Below, in pieces: positions 17,235 to 25,883 of a DNA stretch of 64,000 nucleotides. The stretch is from a virus. The stretch covers positions 1 through 64,000 of IMG/VR virus record IMGVR_UViG_3300035180_002210; one strand, 5' to 3'. The notes under the pieces are model-generated. The model was not told the DNA's origin and did no database searches. It saw only the letters and a list, made by a program, of their open reading frames with translations. Position numbers and translations under genes: made by a program. Positions within the stretch are counted from its first letter, which is position 1. Every line of letters begins with the position of its first letter.

Positions 17235-17416
17235 AAGTATCATTTGATTTTGACGGCTGTTTGAGTCAGCCGGTTATGCAGCAGGTATTTTTGGCTATGG
17301 CCCACTACCGGGAGTATAACGGGAAATTACACCAGTTGCAGAACGAGGTATATATCATAACGAAGCGGAACGCAAACGGGAAGAATGATGATCTGTACGA
17401 GGTTTGCCGACCTTGA
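17231..17416 (+). pseudogene. Truncated HAD-superfamily protein
   Basis: Motif I SFDFDGCL and motif II VYIITKR present; stops before motifs III and IV. Confidence 0.6.
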
Positions 17417-17533
17417 CTATTCCAAGCTTACCTGAGATGGCTGATTCCCTTTGCCATTCACGCAGGGCGGAACTACCAGCAGCAGCACATTGGTTATTAC
17501 GCTTCCATTACAGAAACACAATTCGGGAAGTAA

Positions 17534-17890
17534 ATGCGACGTAACCGATTTAGCGACCAGGAGCGCAAGGACCTGACAGAAAAAGCACTTGCAATGTGGA
17601 ATGATATGGAGATAGGCGGCATGCACGATACGGGAAAGTTCAGGATTATTGCCGAGGAGCTTAACGTTTCGTTGAATACAGTTCTGACTATCATTTACAA
17701 TAACACCGGAGAAAAGCCGGAAAAGGAGGAAACTGCCAGGGCAAAGGTAATTGCCAGGTACGGTTCTGATCACTTCAACCCGTTCATAGACTTGCTCCCG
17801 ATAGCTGAGCTGAGCGTATTGAACGTGAGGAAGTTTGAAGAGCGGTTAAAGTTGGCGGAGCATCCTAAAGAGGAGGAATATTGGGAGTAG
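17534..17890 (+). CDS. HTH protein, candidate late regulator
   Basis: FRIIAEELNVSLNTVLTIIY; last gene before the packaging module. Confidence 0.6.
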   Translation: MRRNRFSDQERKDLTEKALAMWNDMEIGGMHDTGKFRIIAEELNVSLNTVLTIIYNNTGEKPEKEETARAKVIARYGSDHFNPFIDLLPIAELSVLNVRKFEERLKLAEHPKEEEYWE

Positions 17891-17896
17891 CAAAGT

Positions 17897-17942
17897 TTAT
17901 GCAAAAAACGATGCAAATAATGAAAAAATAAGCCATTAATTT
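17897..17942 (+). promoter_or_regulatory. Late promoter motif copy (upstream of terS)
   Basis: TTATGCAAAAAACGATGCAAA with TAATTT 40 nt after the motif start. Confidence 0.55.
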
Positions 17943-17977
17943 ACTTTTTATTGAAAAAACACAGAAAACGATAAACA

Positions 17978-18550
17978 ATGCCACCCCGTAAAGCGCCGGA
18001 ATCTCCCGAGCAAGTTGCAGCATTCGAAGCCTTCTTCAAAATGGGTAATACCCGGAGCATTGCCAAATTGTCCCGCTTGCTGAAAAAAAACAAAAATACG
18101 CTGCAGAAGTGGTATCAGAAATTCAAGTGGGAGGACAGAGCAGAGCGCCGGAGCAGGAAAATTGCGAAGGAGATAGAGAAAAAGACCGATAAGGACCTGA
18201 TTAAGCAGCGTACCAGCTATTTATCTGAGATTGGATTTTACCGAGACGCATTGAAGGACTTGCTTGATACCGTGATCAAAAAGGATCCAAAGACCGGGAA
18301 ACCAAAGATCATGATTATACCCGAGAGCGTTAAGGACGTAGGTATTATCATAAAGGCTTATGAGATTCTCACCCGGCTCGAAATGGACGTGTTGAAAGAG
18401 GACAAGGACCAAAATAAGGATGAGGGTGTTCACCTTACGTTCGTTCAGCAGATAACCGTCAACGGCAAAACAGTTGAAGAGGAAGTAAAATTGGAAAGCG
18501 CGCCGGTTGTTGATGAGATTGAGGAAGCGACTGTAGTGAATGAATCTTAA
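17978..18550 (+). CDS. terS: Terminase small subunit
   Basis: N-terminal HTH RSIAKLSRLL...KW..KFKWEDR; overlaps terL. Confidence 0.75.
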   Translation: MPPRKAPESPEQVAAFEAFFKMGNTRSIAKLSRLLKKNKNTLQKWYQKFKWEDRAERRSRKIAKEIEKKTDKDLIKQRTSYLSEIGFYRDALKDLLDTVIKKDPKTGKPKIMIIPESVKDVGIIIKAYEILTRLEMDVLKEDKDQNKDEGVHLTFVQQITVNGKTVEEEVKLESAPVVDEIEEATVVNES

Positions 18551-19922
18551 ATTAGAGAATGAGATAAACCCCGCGTACTTTCCTTTGTTTTGGGACCGGA
18601 AGCGATATGAGGTTTTGTACGGAGGGGGAGGTTCGGGCAAAAGCTATTTTGCCGGCCAGAAAATGCTTACCAGGGTTATGCAGGAGGAAGGGCATAAATT
18701 CCTTGTGGTCAGAAAGGTTGCTAAGACGCTGCGCGGAAGCTGCTATTCACTATTGCAGGGTGTAGCTCAATCATGGGGGATAGAACAAAAGTTCGATTTT
18801 AGGAAAACGGATATGTCCATCCAGTACAGAGCGAACGGAAATGAGATTGTTTTTGCCGGTATGGATGATACGGAGAAGATTAAGTCTATTTTTGGCATTA
18901 CGGGTATTTGGATTGAAGAAGCTACTGAATTAGCGAAAACTGATTTCATGCAGCTTGATATCCGACTCAGGGGACAGACGCCGAACTACAAGCAGATCAT
19001 GTTGAGCTTTAACCCGATAAACAGTCAAAATTGGCTATACAGGCATTTTTTCGCCAATCCGGGAGCACGGGTACAAAAGCGGAGCACGATACTTAAAACT
19101 ACGTACAAAGACAATTTGAAACTGGATGCCGAGTACGTAGAAATGCTGGAAGGATTGCGGGAGCAGGATGAGAATTACTATAATGTCTATTGCCTTGGAC
19201 TTTGGGGACAGTTAGCGGAAATTATCTACAAACCATTCCCGATCAGGAAGCTTTATCCGCCATACTTCACGGACACATTTTACGGCCTCGATTTTGGTTT
19301 TGTAATGCCTACGGCCTTGGTCCAGATTGACCGGAGGGAAAATGAGTTCTTTTTGACTGAGAAAATATACCGGACAAGGCTCACTAACGGGGAATTAATC
19401 CAGCAAATGAATGATTTGGGTATTTCGAAGCATCAGCCAATCTACGCCGACGCTGCCGAGCCGCAGAGGATCCAAGAGATTCACAATGCAGGGTATATGA
19501 TCATCCCGGCCAACAAGCGGGTGAAGGACGGCATAGACCATGTAAAGCGCCATGTGATTTACAGCACACCTGAGAATGTGAATATAAACAGCGAGGTTTT
19601 GGGCTACGCTTACAGGAAAGACAAGGACGGCAATATATTGGAGGAGCCGATAAAAATTAAAGATCACATGATGGATGCTATCCGTTATGGAATACATACG
19701 CACCTGGGGTTAGACTTCGGTGAGTTGGCGCAGAATCCGGCAAATATGGATATGGACAACCTGATAAAGCTATCGGATGCTTACATGGAGTTGAAGTACC
19801 GCTGTTTGAAGGAAGGTTTGGACGAGGCTACAATGGCGCAAAGGCTTATCAAGGAGCTTCAGCTTAATGAGGTGAATTACGATAAGCTGAAAAAGTACGT
19901 GAAGACTGAATATGACTATTGA
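18540..19922 (+). CDS. terL: Terminase large subunit (PBSX/SPP1-like)
   Basis: YGGGGSGKS, WIEEATE, SFNP, GLDFGF, YADAAEP and DHMMDAIRY motifs. Confidence 0.95.
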   Translation: MNLKLENEINPAYFPLFWDRKRYEVLYGGGGSGKSYFAGQKMLTRVMQEEGHKFLVVRKVAKTLRGSCYSLLQGVAQSWGIEQKFDFRKTDMSIQYRANGNEIVFAGMDDTEKIKSIFGITGIWIEEATELAKTDFMQLDIRLRGQTPNYKQIMLSFNPINSQNWLYRHFFANPGARVQKRSTILKTTYKDNLKLDAEYVEMLEGLREQDENYYNVYCLGLWGQLAEIIYKPFPIRKLYPPYFTDTFYGLDFGFVMPTALVQIDRRENEFFLTEKIYRTRLTNGELIQQMNDLGISKHQPIYADAAEPQRIQEIHNAGYMIIPANKRVKDGIDHVKRHVIYSTPENVNINSEVLGYAYRKDKDGNILEEPIKIKDHMMDAIRYGIHTHLGLDFGELAQNPANMDMDNLIKLSDAYMELKYRCLKEGLDEATMAQRLIKELQLNEVNYDKLKKYVKTEYDY

Positions 19923-19947
19923 CAATTAACAAATAGAACCCTATGTT
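19919..19947 (+). promoter_or_regulatory. Sigma70 promoter of an inserted (moron-like) unit
   Basis: TTGACA-17 nt-TATGTT overlapping the terL stop. Confidence 0.65.
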
Positions 19948-19954
19948 TGATAAC

Positions 19955-20290
19955 ATGAAAAAACCAATAAGTAACGAAATTTTAGAAAAACTCGTCATCG
20001 GCACATTGATTGACAAACCGGTAAGCTTTGAGCTGGTTGAATCATTCTTGAAGCCGGAACATTTTAATAATGATGATCACCGGAGAATATATCAGGCGAT
20101 CATAGACCTTGCAGCAGCACATATACCTATTACTCCGTTCGCGATACTTGATAAATCCGCTCCTGATTTCATACACCGGTCAGACTTCGCGACATACATA
20201 ATGCAGTTAGCACAGATAACGGTTTCACGGGGCCACCTGGCAGATACGGCCAGAGCCTTGATAACCAAACAACAAGGAGCAGCAGAATGA
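19955..20290 (+). CDS. Stand-alone DnaB N-terminal domain protein
   Basis: EKLVIGTLID...LKPEHF..DHRRIYQAIIDL...PI matches DnaB_N; no RecA-like motor domain follows. Confidence 0.8.
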   Translation: MKKPISNEILEKLVIGTLIDKPVSFELVESFLKPEHFNNDDHRRIYQAIIDLAAAHIPITPFAILDKSAPDFIHRSDFATYIMQLAQITVSRGHLADTARALITKQQGAAE

Positions 20291-21225
20291 AGAAGTTATT
20301 TTATCGGTTCATCACTTTTTTGGTAGCGACGTTTATTCAACCCATCCACAACGAGCTATTGACTTTACGCGGCTGGATCACCGGCAGGGCGGAACTGTTT
20401 GAAAATGCAGTGAAAGCGGAATCAGAGAAGTTTTACAAAACGCTGGCAGAGCACGTAGAGGCTTTATCCAAAGGGTTGGCGGCTGAAGCGGTAGCACTTA
20501 GCCAAGGAATTGCCAACGAGGCCCAACGCGCTTTCAATAAATCAGTGAAACCGGCAGTGCTGATTGTGAATGATACGATCATTAACATGGCAGCGACACC
20601 AACGTTTAAGATTGAGGGTATTTTTGACCGGGTAGCTGATGAAGTAACAATCGCAATGCAGGCAAATTTCCGAGAAGTGGCGAAGTTCAGACTCGATATG
20701 AGGAAGATTGCTAAAATATTTGGCGAGGAATACGGGCAGCTTTACGAAAAGGGGAAAGAATCTATTCTGTTTTACCAGGAGTTTATTGCATCCGCTAAGT
20801 ACAGAAAAGATCCCGTTGAACCACCGTTTGATTTCTTTTCCGGCGTAATGAAGGAATATAATTTCCGGTTCGCTAACAGCATTCAGAGTATGAATGTTCT
20901 AACCGAGGAGTATTTACAGCAGCAGTTTATTAATTCCTTTATTGGCATTGCCCGCTATGTTATTGAAGAAGAAGAAAAGCTGGTACAGGAAAACCAGGCA
21001 AAGATACAGAGCATGCACGCCATAAGCGAAGGCCAGAGCGCGAACGTTCAGCAGTCCAATATTCTGGATATGAACGGGAACCCGATTAACACGGCAGCAC
21101 CGACACCCAGCGAACCCGAACCAGCAGACGCCGAGCCAGCCGCGGCAATTTCATCGAGCGGCACATACCCTATTCCACCTGCAGGCAGCAGCCCGCTCCC
21201 AGCCGAGGACGGCGAAGTAGTTTAA
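20287..21225 (+). CDS. Hypothetical protein
   Basis: 312 aa; AAGGAG RBS; Pro/Ala-rich tail. Confidence 0.75.
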   Translation: MKKLFYRFITFLVATFIQPIHNELLTLRGWITGRAELFENAVKAESEKFYKTLAEHVEALSKGLAAEAVALSQGIANEAQRAFNKSVKPAVLIVNDTIINMAATPTFKIEGIFDRVADEVTIAMQANFREVAKFRLDMRKIAKIFGEEYGQLYEKGKESILFYQEFIASAKYRKDPVEPPFDFFSGVMKEYNFRFANSIQSMNVLTEEYLQQQFINSFIGIARYVIEEEEKLVQENQAKIQSMHAISEGQSANVQQSNILDMNGNPINTAAPTPSEPEPADAEPAAAISSSGTYPIPPAGSSPLPAEDGEVV

Positions 21226-21332
21226 TCCTAAAAAGTGCGCTCCGGTGTGGCGGGATATGTCAGGTCCCGTCACCGGGAACATCGGAAACAGAGAGCCGGA
21301 GCGCAAAAATTATAAACCGGAAAGGACTAACG

Positions 21333-21920
21333 ATGAAAACAATACTGTTTATCCTGTTAACAGTTGCGATATTCGCCCAGAATGATTACAAAGGTTGTCC
21401 GGAAACCGGGACGCCATCGAAGGCAAATATAAACGCGCTGAATGTATTGAAGAACCGCGCAGCGATACCGGCGGTTGCTGATTTTGATACGACCGTTACT
21501 TTGGAGGCTATGCTGATCACCGGCGATGACACAAAACGATGGACACCGGCAAAGGCGGGACAGATCACCGGACAGATTAAACTTGTTAAGACCGGAGGCG
21601 CGGAATCCTGCAATTGCGGAATGAAAGACGATGAGGACAGAGACGCGCATATTGAGATTGTTTCACTCACTCATAGTACACTGCCGGTAATTGTAGAGGT
21701 TACACCCAGGATCAGGGCACAGATGAAGGCCCGGGGAATTGACTGGAGTACCAAAACTTTGAAAAGCCTTGTAGGCTCCATTGTAACCGTTCAGGGCTGG
21801 CTATTTTATGACGCCGAGCATAAGCAAAGCGCAACGAACACCGCACCGGCAGGGAAGCATAACTGGCGGGCGACCGCATGGGAGATTCACCCCGTTACCT
21901 ATTTGAAAGTGGTGAAATAA
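21333..21920 (+). CDS. Exported protein, possible OB-fold
   Basis: Signal peptide IFA|Q; ESCNC, DAHI, IVEVTPR, GWLFYD and WEIHPV motifs. Confidence 0.7.
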   Translation: MKTILFILLTVAIFAQNDYKGCPETGTPSKANINALNVLKNRAAIPAVADFDTTVTLEAMLITGDDTKRWTPAKAGQITGQIKLVKTGGAESCNCGMKDDEDRDAHIEIVSLTHSTLPVIVEVTPRIRAQMKARGIDWSTKTLKSLVGSIVTVQGWLFYDAEHKQSATNTAPAGKHNWRATAWEIHPVTYLKVVK

Positions 21921-21924
21921 ACGC

Positions 21925-22185
21925 ATGGATAAGCAAAACATCTACGCAATTTATTGGAGATACAAGAACTCAACCAGGGAGCGTATCCTCGTTATGGGGA
22001 GAAGGAACCCGGTTCTATTTAGCTCAGAATCTGCCTGCAGGGCTGACGTAAAATTGCGGAACCATGTGACCAGTAGAATTTTATATCGAGCTCAAAAAGT
22101 AAAAGTTTATAAAAATGGCGTAGTGAAGAAAATAGTCATAAATAATTTTCAGTGGCTATCACCCGCTATGACGGTGACGAAATGA
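21925..22185 (+). CDS. Hypothetical protein
   Basis: 86 aa, operon position. Confidence 0.55.
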   Translation: MDKQNIYAIYWRYKNSTRERILVMGRRNPVLFSSESACRADVKLRNHVTSRILYRAQKVKVYKNGVVKKIVINNFQWLSPAMTVTK

Positions 22186-22505
22186 AGCTTAACGGCCTCG
22201 AAGTTGACTTTGATGAAAATGAGGGCTTGCTAAACATATTCGCCCGGCAATATTGGGAGATAAAGTTAGAGTTCATAAACGAGGAGATACCGAGGCCGCA
22301 GACGGAGAAAAGATTCATGGCGGCCTTCGCGGAAAAGTACAAGCTTGAAATGACACTGGATGATTTTATTGAGCTGAAAGACTACGCGGAGAACGACTAC
22401 CGCGGGGAGGCATTAGCCAGAATTCAGGAAGATTTGGACAGTGGATTGCTTACAGAAGTAAATAGTGCAAAATATAGAGCAAAGGGGAAGCCCGAAACTT
22501 TATAG
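22182..22505 (+). CDS. Hypothetical protein
   Basis: ATGA overlap at 22182. Confidence 0.65.
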   Translation: MKLNGLEVDFDENEGLLNIFARQYWEIKLEFINEEIPRPQTEKRFMAAFAEKYKLEMTLDDFIELKDYAENDYRGEALARIQEDLDSGLLTEVNSAKYRAKGKPETL

Positions 22506-22508
22506 TTT
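22463..22508 (+). promoter_or_regulatory. Late promoter motif copy (upstream of portal)
   Basis: TAGTGCAAAATATAGAGCAAA with TAGTTT 40 nt after the motif start. Confidence 0.6.
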
Positions 22509-22535
22509 CCCGTCAAATTTTGGAGTAAAGCCGAT

Positions 22536-24350
22536 ATGAACATCAGTCTTGCTGACGATGAAAATGATAAACCAGAAATTCTCACGGACAATGATATTAT
22601 TGAACAGGTCAACAATAACGCGCAATTCCAAAAGGATCTACGTGTTTTAGACCAATCCAGTGCGATAAACTTTGAATTAGCAAACGAGGTACTTGCCTTG
22701 CTGCAGGACAGCGAAGGCCTCATGTTCGATCAGTCTGAAGGAGAGCGGTTTATTAATTGGGAAACAGAGCCCATTCCCTACCAGGTATTACGCAGGGCCG
22801 GAGCTTCAGAGCCAGCCGAACTTATTAAGAGCCACCGAACTTTCGATTTTATTACATGGGGCAGAATACCTCCAAGAGAGGGCGCGAGGGGTTGTAGGTT
22901 AAAATTCCGGAATCCGGATTATCAGCCGACCAGGGAAGAAAGTGCCATGCTTCGCCAGTGGGAAATGAAGATATTCGAACAGTTCTTTTTTCCCCCGAAT
23001 GAGTATTACGCCAATTTCGGAAAGTTCATAAGCGCAGCGTACCGGGATTGGTTTGATCTGGATGATATTACGACTGAATTTAGGATGGATGGTTTTGGCC
23101 AGCCGGTAGCGGTCCACTTGCAGGATCCCATAATAATGAAGCCGATTGTGAAGCAGAGGAAATACTCAGCAGCGGGATTATACTCAGACGTTGAGGATAT
23201 CCTGAACGATTATGAGAAGCTTTTAGACACGAAGGAATTTAAGGAAGCGACCAGCCGGGACAGGGAAGAAGCCGACTATCTGCTATTGTACAATAACAAG
23301 CGCTTTGCAGCCCTCACCAGGGAAAGAGTACGTAAGTTCCACTTCTTCACCCGTAGCGATTTTCGACACGCACAGCGGGGCTATAGCGTTGTGGAGAAGG
23401 GAATCCGTACACTCACGAACATCATCAACGCGCTAACATGGAATGCCAGCAATTTCAACAGCCGCCAATTTACCAGCATGGTAGCATTTACCGGCGGAGG
23501 CGTTAACACCGTCGCGTTAGAAAAGCTGAAAAAGATACTCTACGCCAACATGAGCGGAGCCAGCAACGCCCAGAAATTCCCGATGATCAGCTTAACCGGG
23601 GAAAAGACGGACGCCAAAGTTTTGAATCTTCGCCAGAACTCCAAGGACTTTGAATTCCACCAAGGCACTACTTTACTCTTCTCAATTTGGTGTAAATACT
23701 CCGGGACGGACCCGAACGAGCTTGCATTAGCTTCCTACAAGGACGCGGTAGGGAAACCGGGATTATTCAATGAATCCGCCGACGGCCTTGTTAAGGAGAG
23801 CAAAGATTCAGGAGCCAGAACCTTCCTTACGCACCTTGCAGATTCAATGAATGTGCCTAACAGGGACGGGCTGAACGTATTCCAGCTTATGACTCAGATG
23901 GATGTTAAGATGGAGTTCACCGGCTTCGAAATAGAGGACGCAAAGGTAAAATACGAACTCCGTGAAAAAGACTTAGAAACCGTAAAGAGCGTAAACGATA
24001 TTTTGGCCGAGCAGGACAAGGAACGTCAGGTTTTAATGTTGGGAGATAATAACATATTCGATATTCCCGGGTTCCATAACTCATCGGTTTATCAAACCGC
24101 GTTATTCCTTGCTCAGCAGAAGGCTCAGAAAGACGCCGCCCAGCAGCAACCGGGAGGAATGCCGGGCATGCCAGGACAGCAGGCACCGCAGGACCCCGCA
24201 GCGGAAGCCCAGCAGCAGGGTATTCAATTAACTGATAAAGACCAAGCTTTGTTAAAGCAGGTTCAACAAAAACAAGGCGGCAATTCAATGGACAACGATT
24301 TGCAGGCCGAACTACAACAAAACGGCGGACAGCCGGAGGAGCAGGAATGA
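22536..24350 (+). CDS. Portal protein
   Basis: Position after terL; DxFxxDxITxE, RGYSxxE and KDFEF...YxxDPxEL resemble Twort/SPO1-like portals. Confidence 0.8.
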   Translation: MNISLADDENDKPEILTDNDIIEQVNNNAQFQKDLRVLDQSSAINFELANEVLALLQDSEGLMFDQSEGERFINWETEPIPYQVLRRAGASEPAELIKSHRTFDFITWGRIPPREGARGCRLKFRNPDYQPTREESAMLRQWEMKIFEQFFFPPNEYYANFGKFISAAYRDWFDLDDITTEFRMDGFGQPVAVHLQDPIIMKPIVKQRKYSAAGLYSDVEDILNDYEKLLDTKEFKEATSRDREEADYLLLYNNKRFAALTRERVRKFHFFTRSDFRHAQRGYSVVEKGIRTLTNIINALTWNASNFNSRQFTSMVAFTGGGVNTVALEKLKKILYANMSGASNAQKFPMISLTGEKTDAKVLNLRQNSKDFEFHQGTTLLFSIWCKYSGTDPNELALASYKDAVGKPGLFNESADGLVKESKDSGARTFLTHLADSMNVPNRDGLNVFQLMTQMDVKMEFTGFEIEDAKVKYELREKDLETVKSVNDILAEQDKERQVLMLGDNNIFDIPGFHNSSVYQTALFLAQQKAQKDAAQQQPGGMPGMPGQQAPQDPAAEAQQQGIQLTDKDQALLKQVQQKQGGNSMDNDLQAELQQNGGQPEEQE

Positions 24351-24598
24351 TAGTTAACACCAAGGACACCCGTTTCGAACTAAAGGAAGGTGATACGCAT
24401 ATTTACAATAATTGCGTCATCCACCAGTATGGACAATTGGACGCGGTAAAGGAAGATAAACCGGCAAAGACCATAAAGGATTGTGCGAACTTTGACCAGT
24501 GTGTTGCGTTCGTGAAAGAAGAAATAGGATTAACCTACGAGCTGATAAAGAGCGTTTTAATCAGTGCCGATAAATTTTTCATTACCCAAGGCCAATGA
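24347..24598 (+). CDS. Hypothetical protein
   Basis: ATGA overlaps on both sides. Confidence 0.65.
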   Translation: MIVNTKDTRFELKEGDTHIYNNCVIHQYGQLDAVKEDKPAKTIKDCANFDQCVAFVKEEIGLTYELIKSVLISADKFFITQGQ

Positions 24599-25644
24599 TA
24601 CTTACTATAGATTCGAAGATTCACCACCTTAAAGAGCTTGATTTCATTGAGCGGGAACTTTACGGCCTTTTTAGCCCGGAGGAGTTCTATACCGATTTAC
24701 GGAAGTTTCTGCAGCAGAATCCGGACATCGACCTACGCAATAAGGGCTGGTTGAATGAATTCGAGGTCAGGGCCATTGATGAATATGTAAAGAATTATTT
24801 CTTCTCGAGGATCCCCGAAGCAAAGACATGGTATTTACGCGCGTATATAGTAGGCCGGTTGACGGCTGAAAGCGACCTTATGGGAACGGTACTCAGTTTG
24901 GCGCCTTTAGCAACAATGCCATTATTTGTGCAGACAGCAGCAAAGGAATTCGGGCTATCCCTACATGAAGCCAAAATGCTGGAAGGCGCGGTCAGTACGG
25001 CAGGAATGCACATAACCAACACTACCCAGGGGACGATTCAGCAGATTCAGACCGCGATATCCGATGCTTTGATCAGGCGGGAAGGCATTCAGGGAATAGA
25101 GCGAAGATTAAATTCCATGCTGAATCTTGACATAGGCGATTTGAACCGGGACTGGAAAAGGGTTGCGATAACCGAAACGAATATGCTGTTTAACGACGGA
25201 TATATCTCTTCTATGCTTGACGGGGACTATGTAATAGGAGTGAGCATGCCGGACGCTTGCGATTCTTGTTTGAACGACATTAACAATAAAATTTACCAGG
25301 TGACAGCCGCGCCGCCGCCGGACTATACCGAGTTAACCGGAGAAGCCAAGAAACAGGCCGAATTTGATTGGGAAACCAAAGTTTGGGCAGGAAAGAACAA
25401 TATAGGCCGGAGTGCTTCCAAGCGGAAACGTTTGGATAAACAGGCTGGTAACGCCGAGACTAATTTACGGCACAAGCATCATCACGAAATGAGCATGCCC
25501 GCTTGCCCGTATCATCCACACTGCCGCTGCCGATGGATTCACTTTAACCCGAAATTCCAATGGATTGACAAAGGCGGTAATTTGCGCTTTGCAGTTGAGG
25601 ACCCGGACGCGCATGATGAATGGTATAAGGAGAATATAGGGTGA
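24595..25644 (+). CDS. MuF / SPP1 gp7-like head morphogenesis protein
   Basis: RDWKRVAITE, DACDSC and PYHPHCRCRW motifs. Confidence 0.85.
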   Translation: MILTIDSKIHHLKELDFIERELYGLFSPEEFYTDLRKFLQQNPDIDLRNKGWLNEFEVRAIDEYVKNYFFSRIPEAKTWYLRAYIVGRLTAESDLMGTVLSLAPLATMPLFVQTAAKEFGLSLHEAKMLEGAVSTAGMHITNTTQGTIQQIQTAISDALIRREGIQGIERRLNSMLNLDIGDLNRDWKRVAITETNMLFNDGYISSMLDGDYVIGVSMPDACDSCLNDINNKIYQVTAAPPPDYTELTGEAKKQAEFDWETKVWAGKNNIGRSASKRKRLDKQAGNAETNLRHKHHHEMSMPACPYHPHCRCRWIHFNPKFQWIDKGGNLRFAVEDPDAHDEWYKENIG

Positions 25645-25883
25645 ACGTAGATACGGTCCCGATACTTGCAACCATTATTCTTATTGCGACAGCAGCCACG
25701 TTTATACTTGGAATAGGCGCCTATGTTATTCACGGCAGGAAAACGAAGCTGCCATTCACCCACTATGAGAAAGACATTCTGGAAAAGAAAATCCAGAACA
25801 TTCTTTATACCGGCAATAATAAATACCGGACCGAAGAGCTTATAAAATTAATCGGCGAAGAAGTCAGAAAAGCAAAGAAATGA
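25641..25883 (+). CDS. Small membrane protein
   Basis: N-terminal transmembrane helix; overlaps both neighbours. Confidence 0.6.
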   Translation: MNVDTVPILATIILIATAATFILGIGAYVIHGRKTKLPFTHYEKDILEKKIQNILYTGNNKYRTEELIKLIGEEVRKAKK

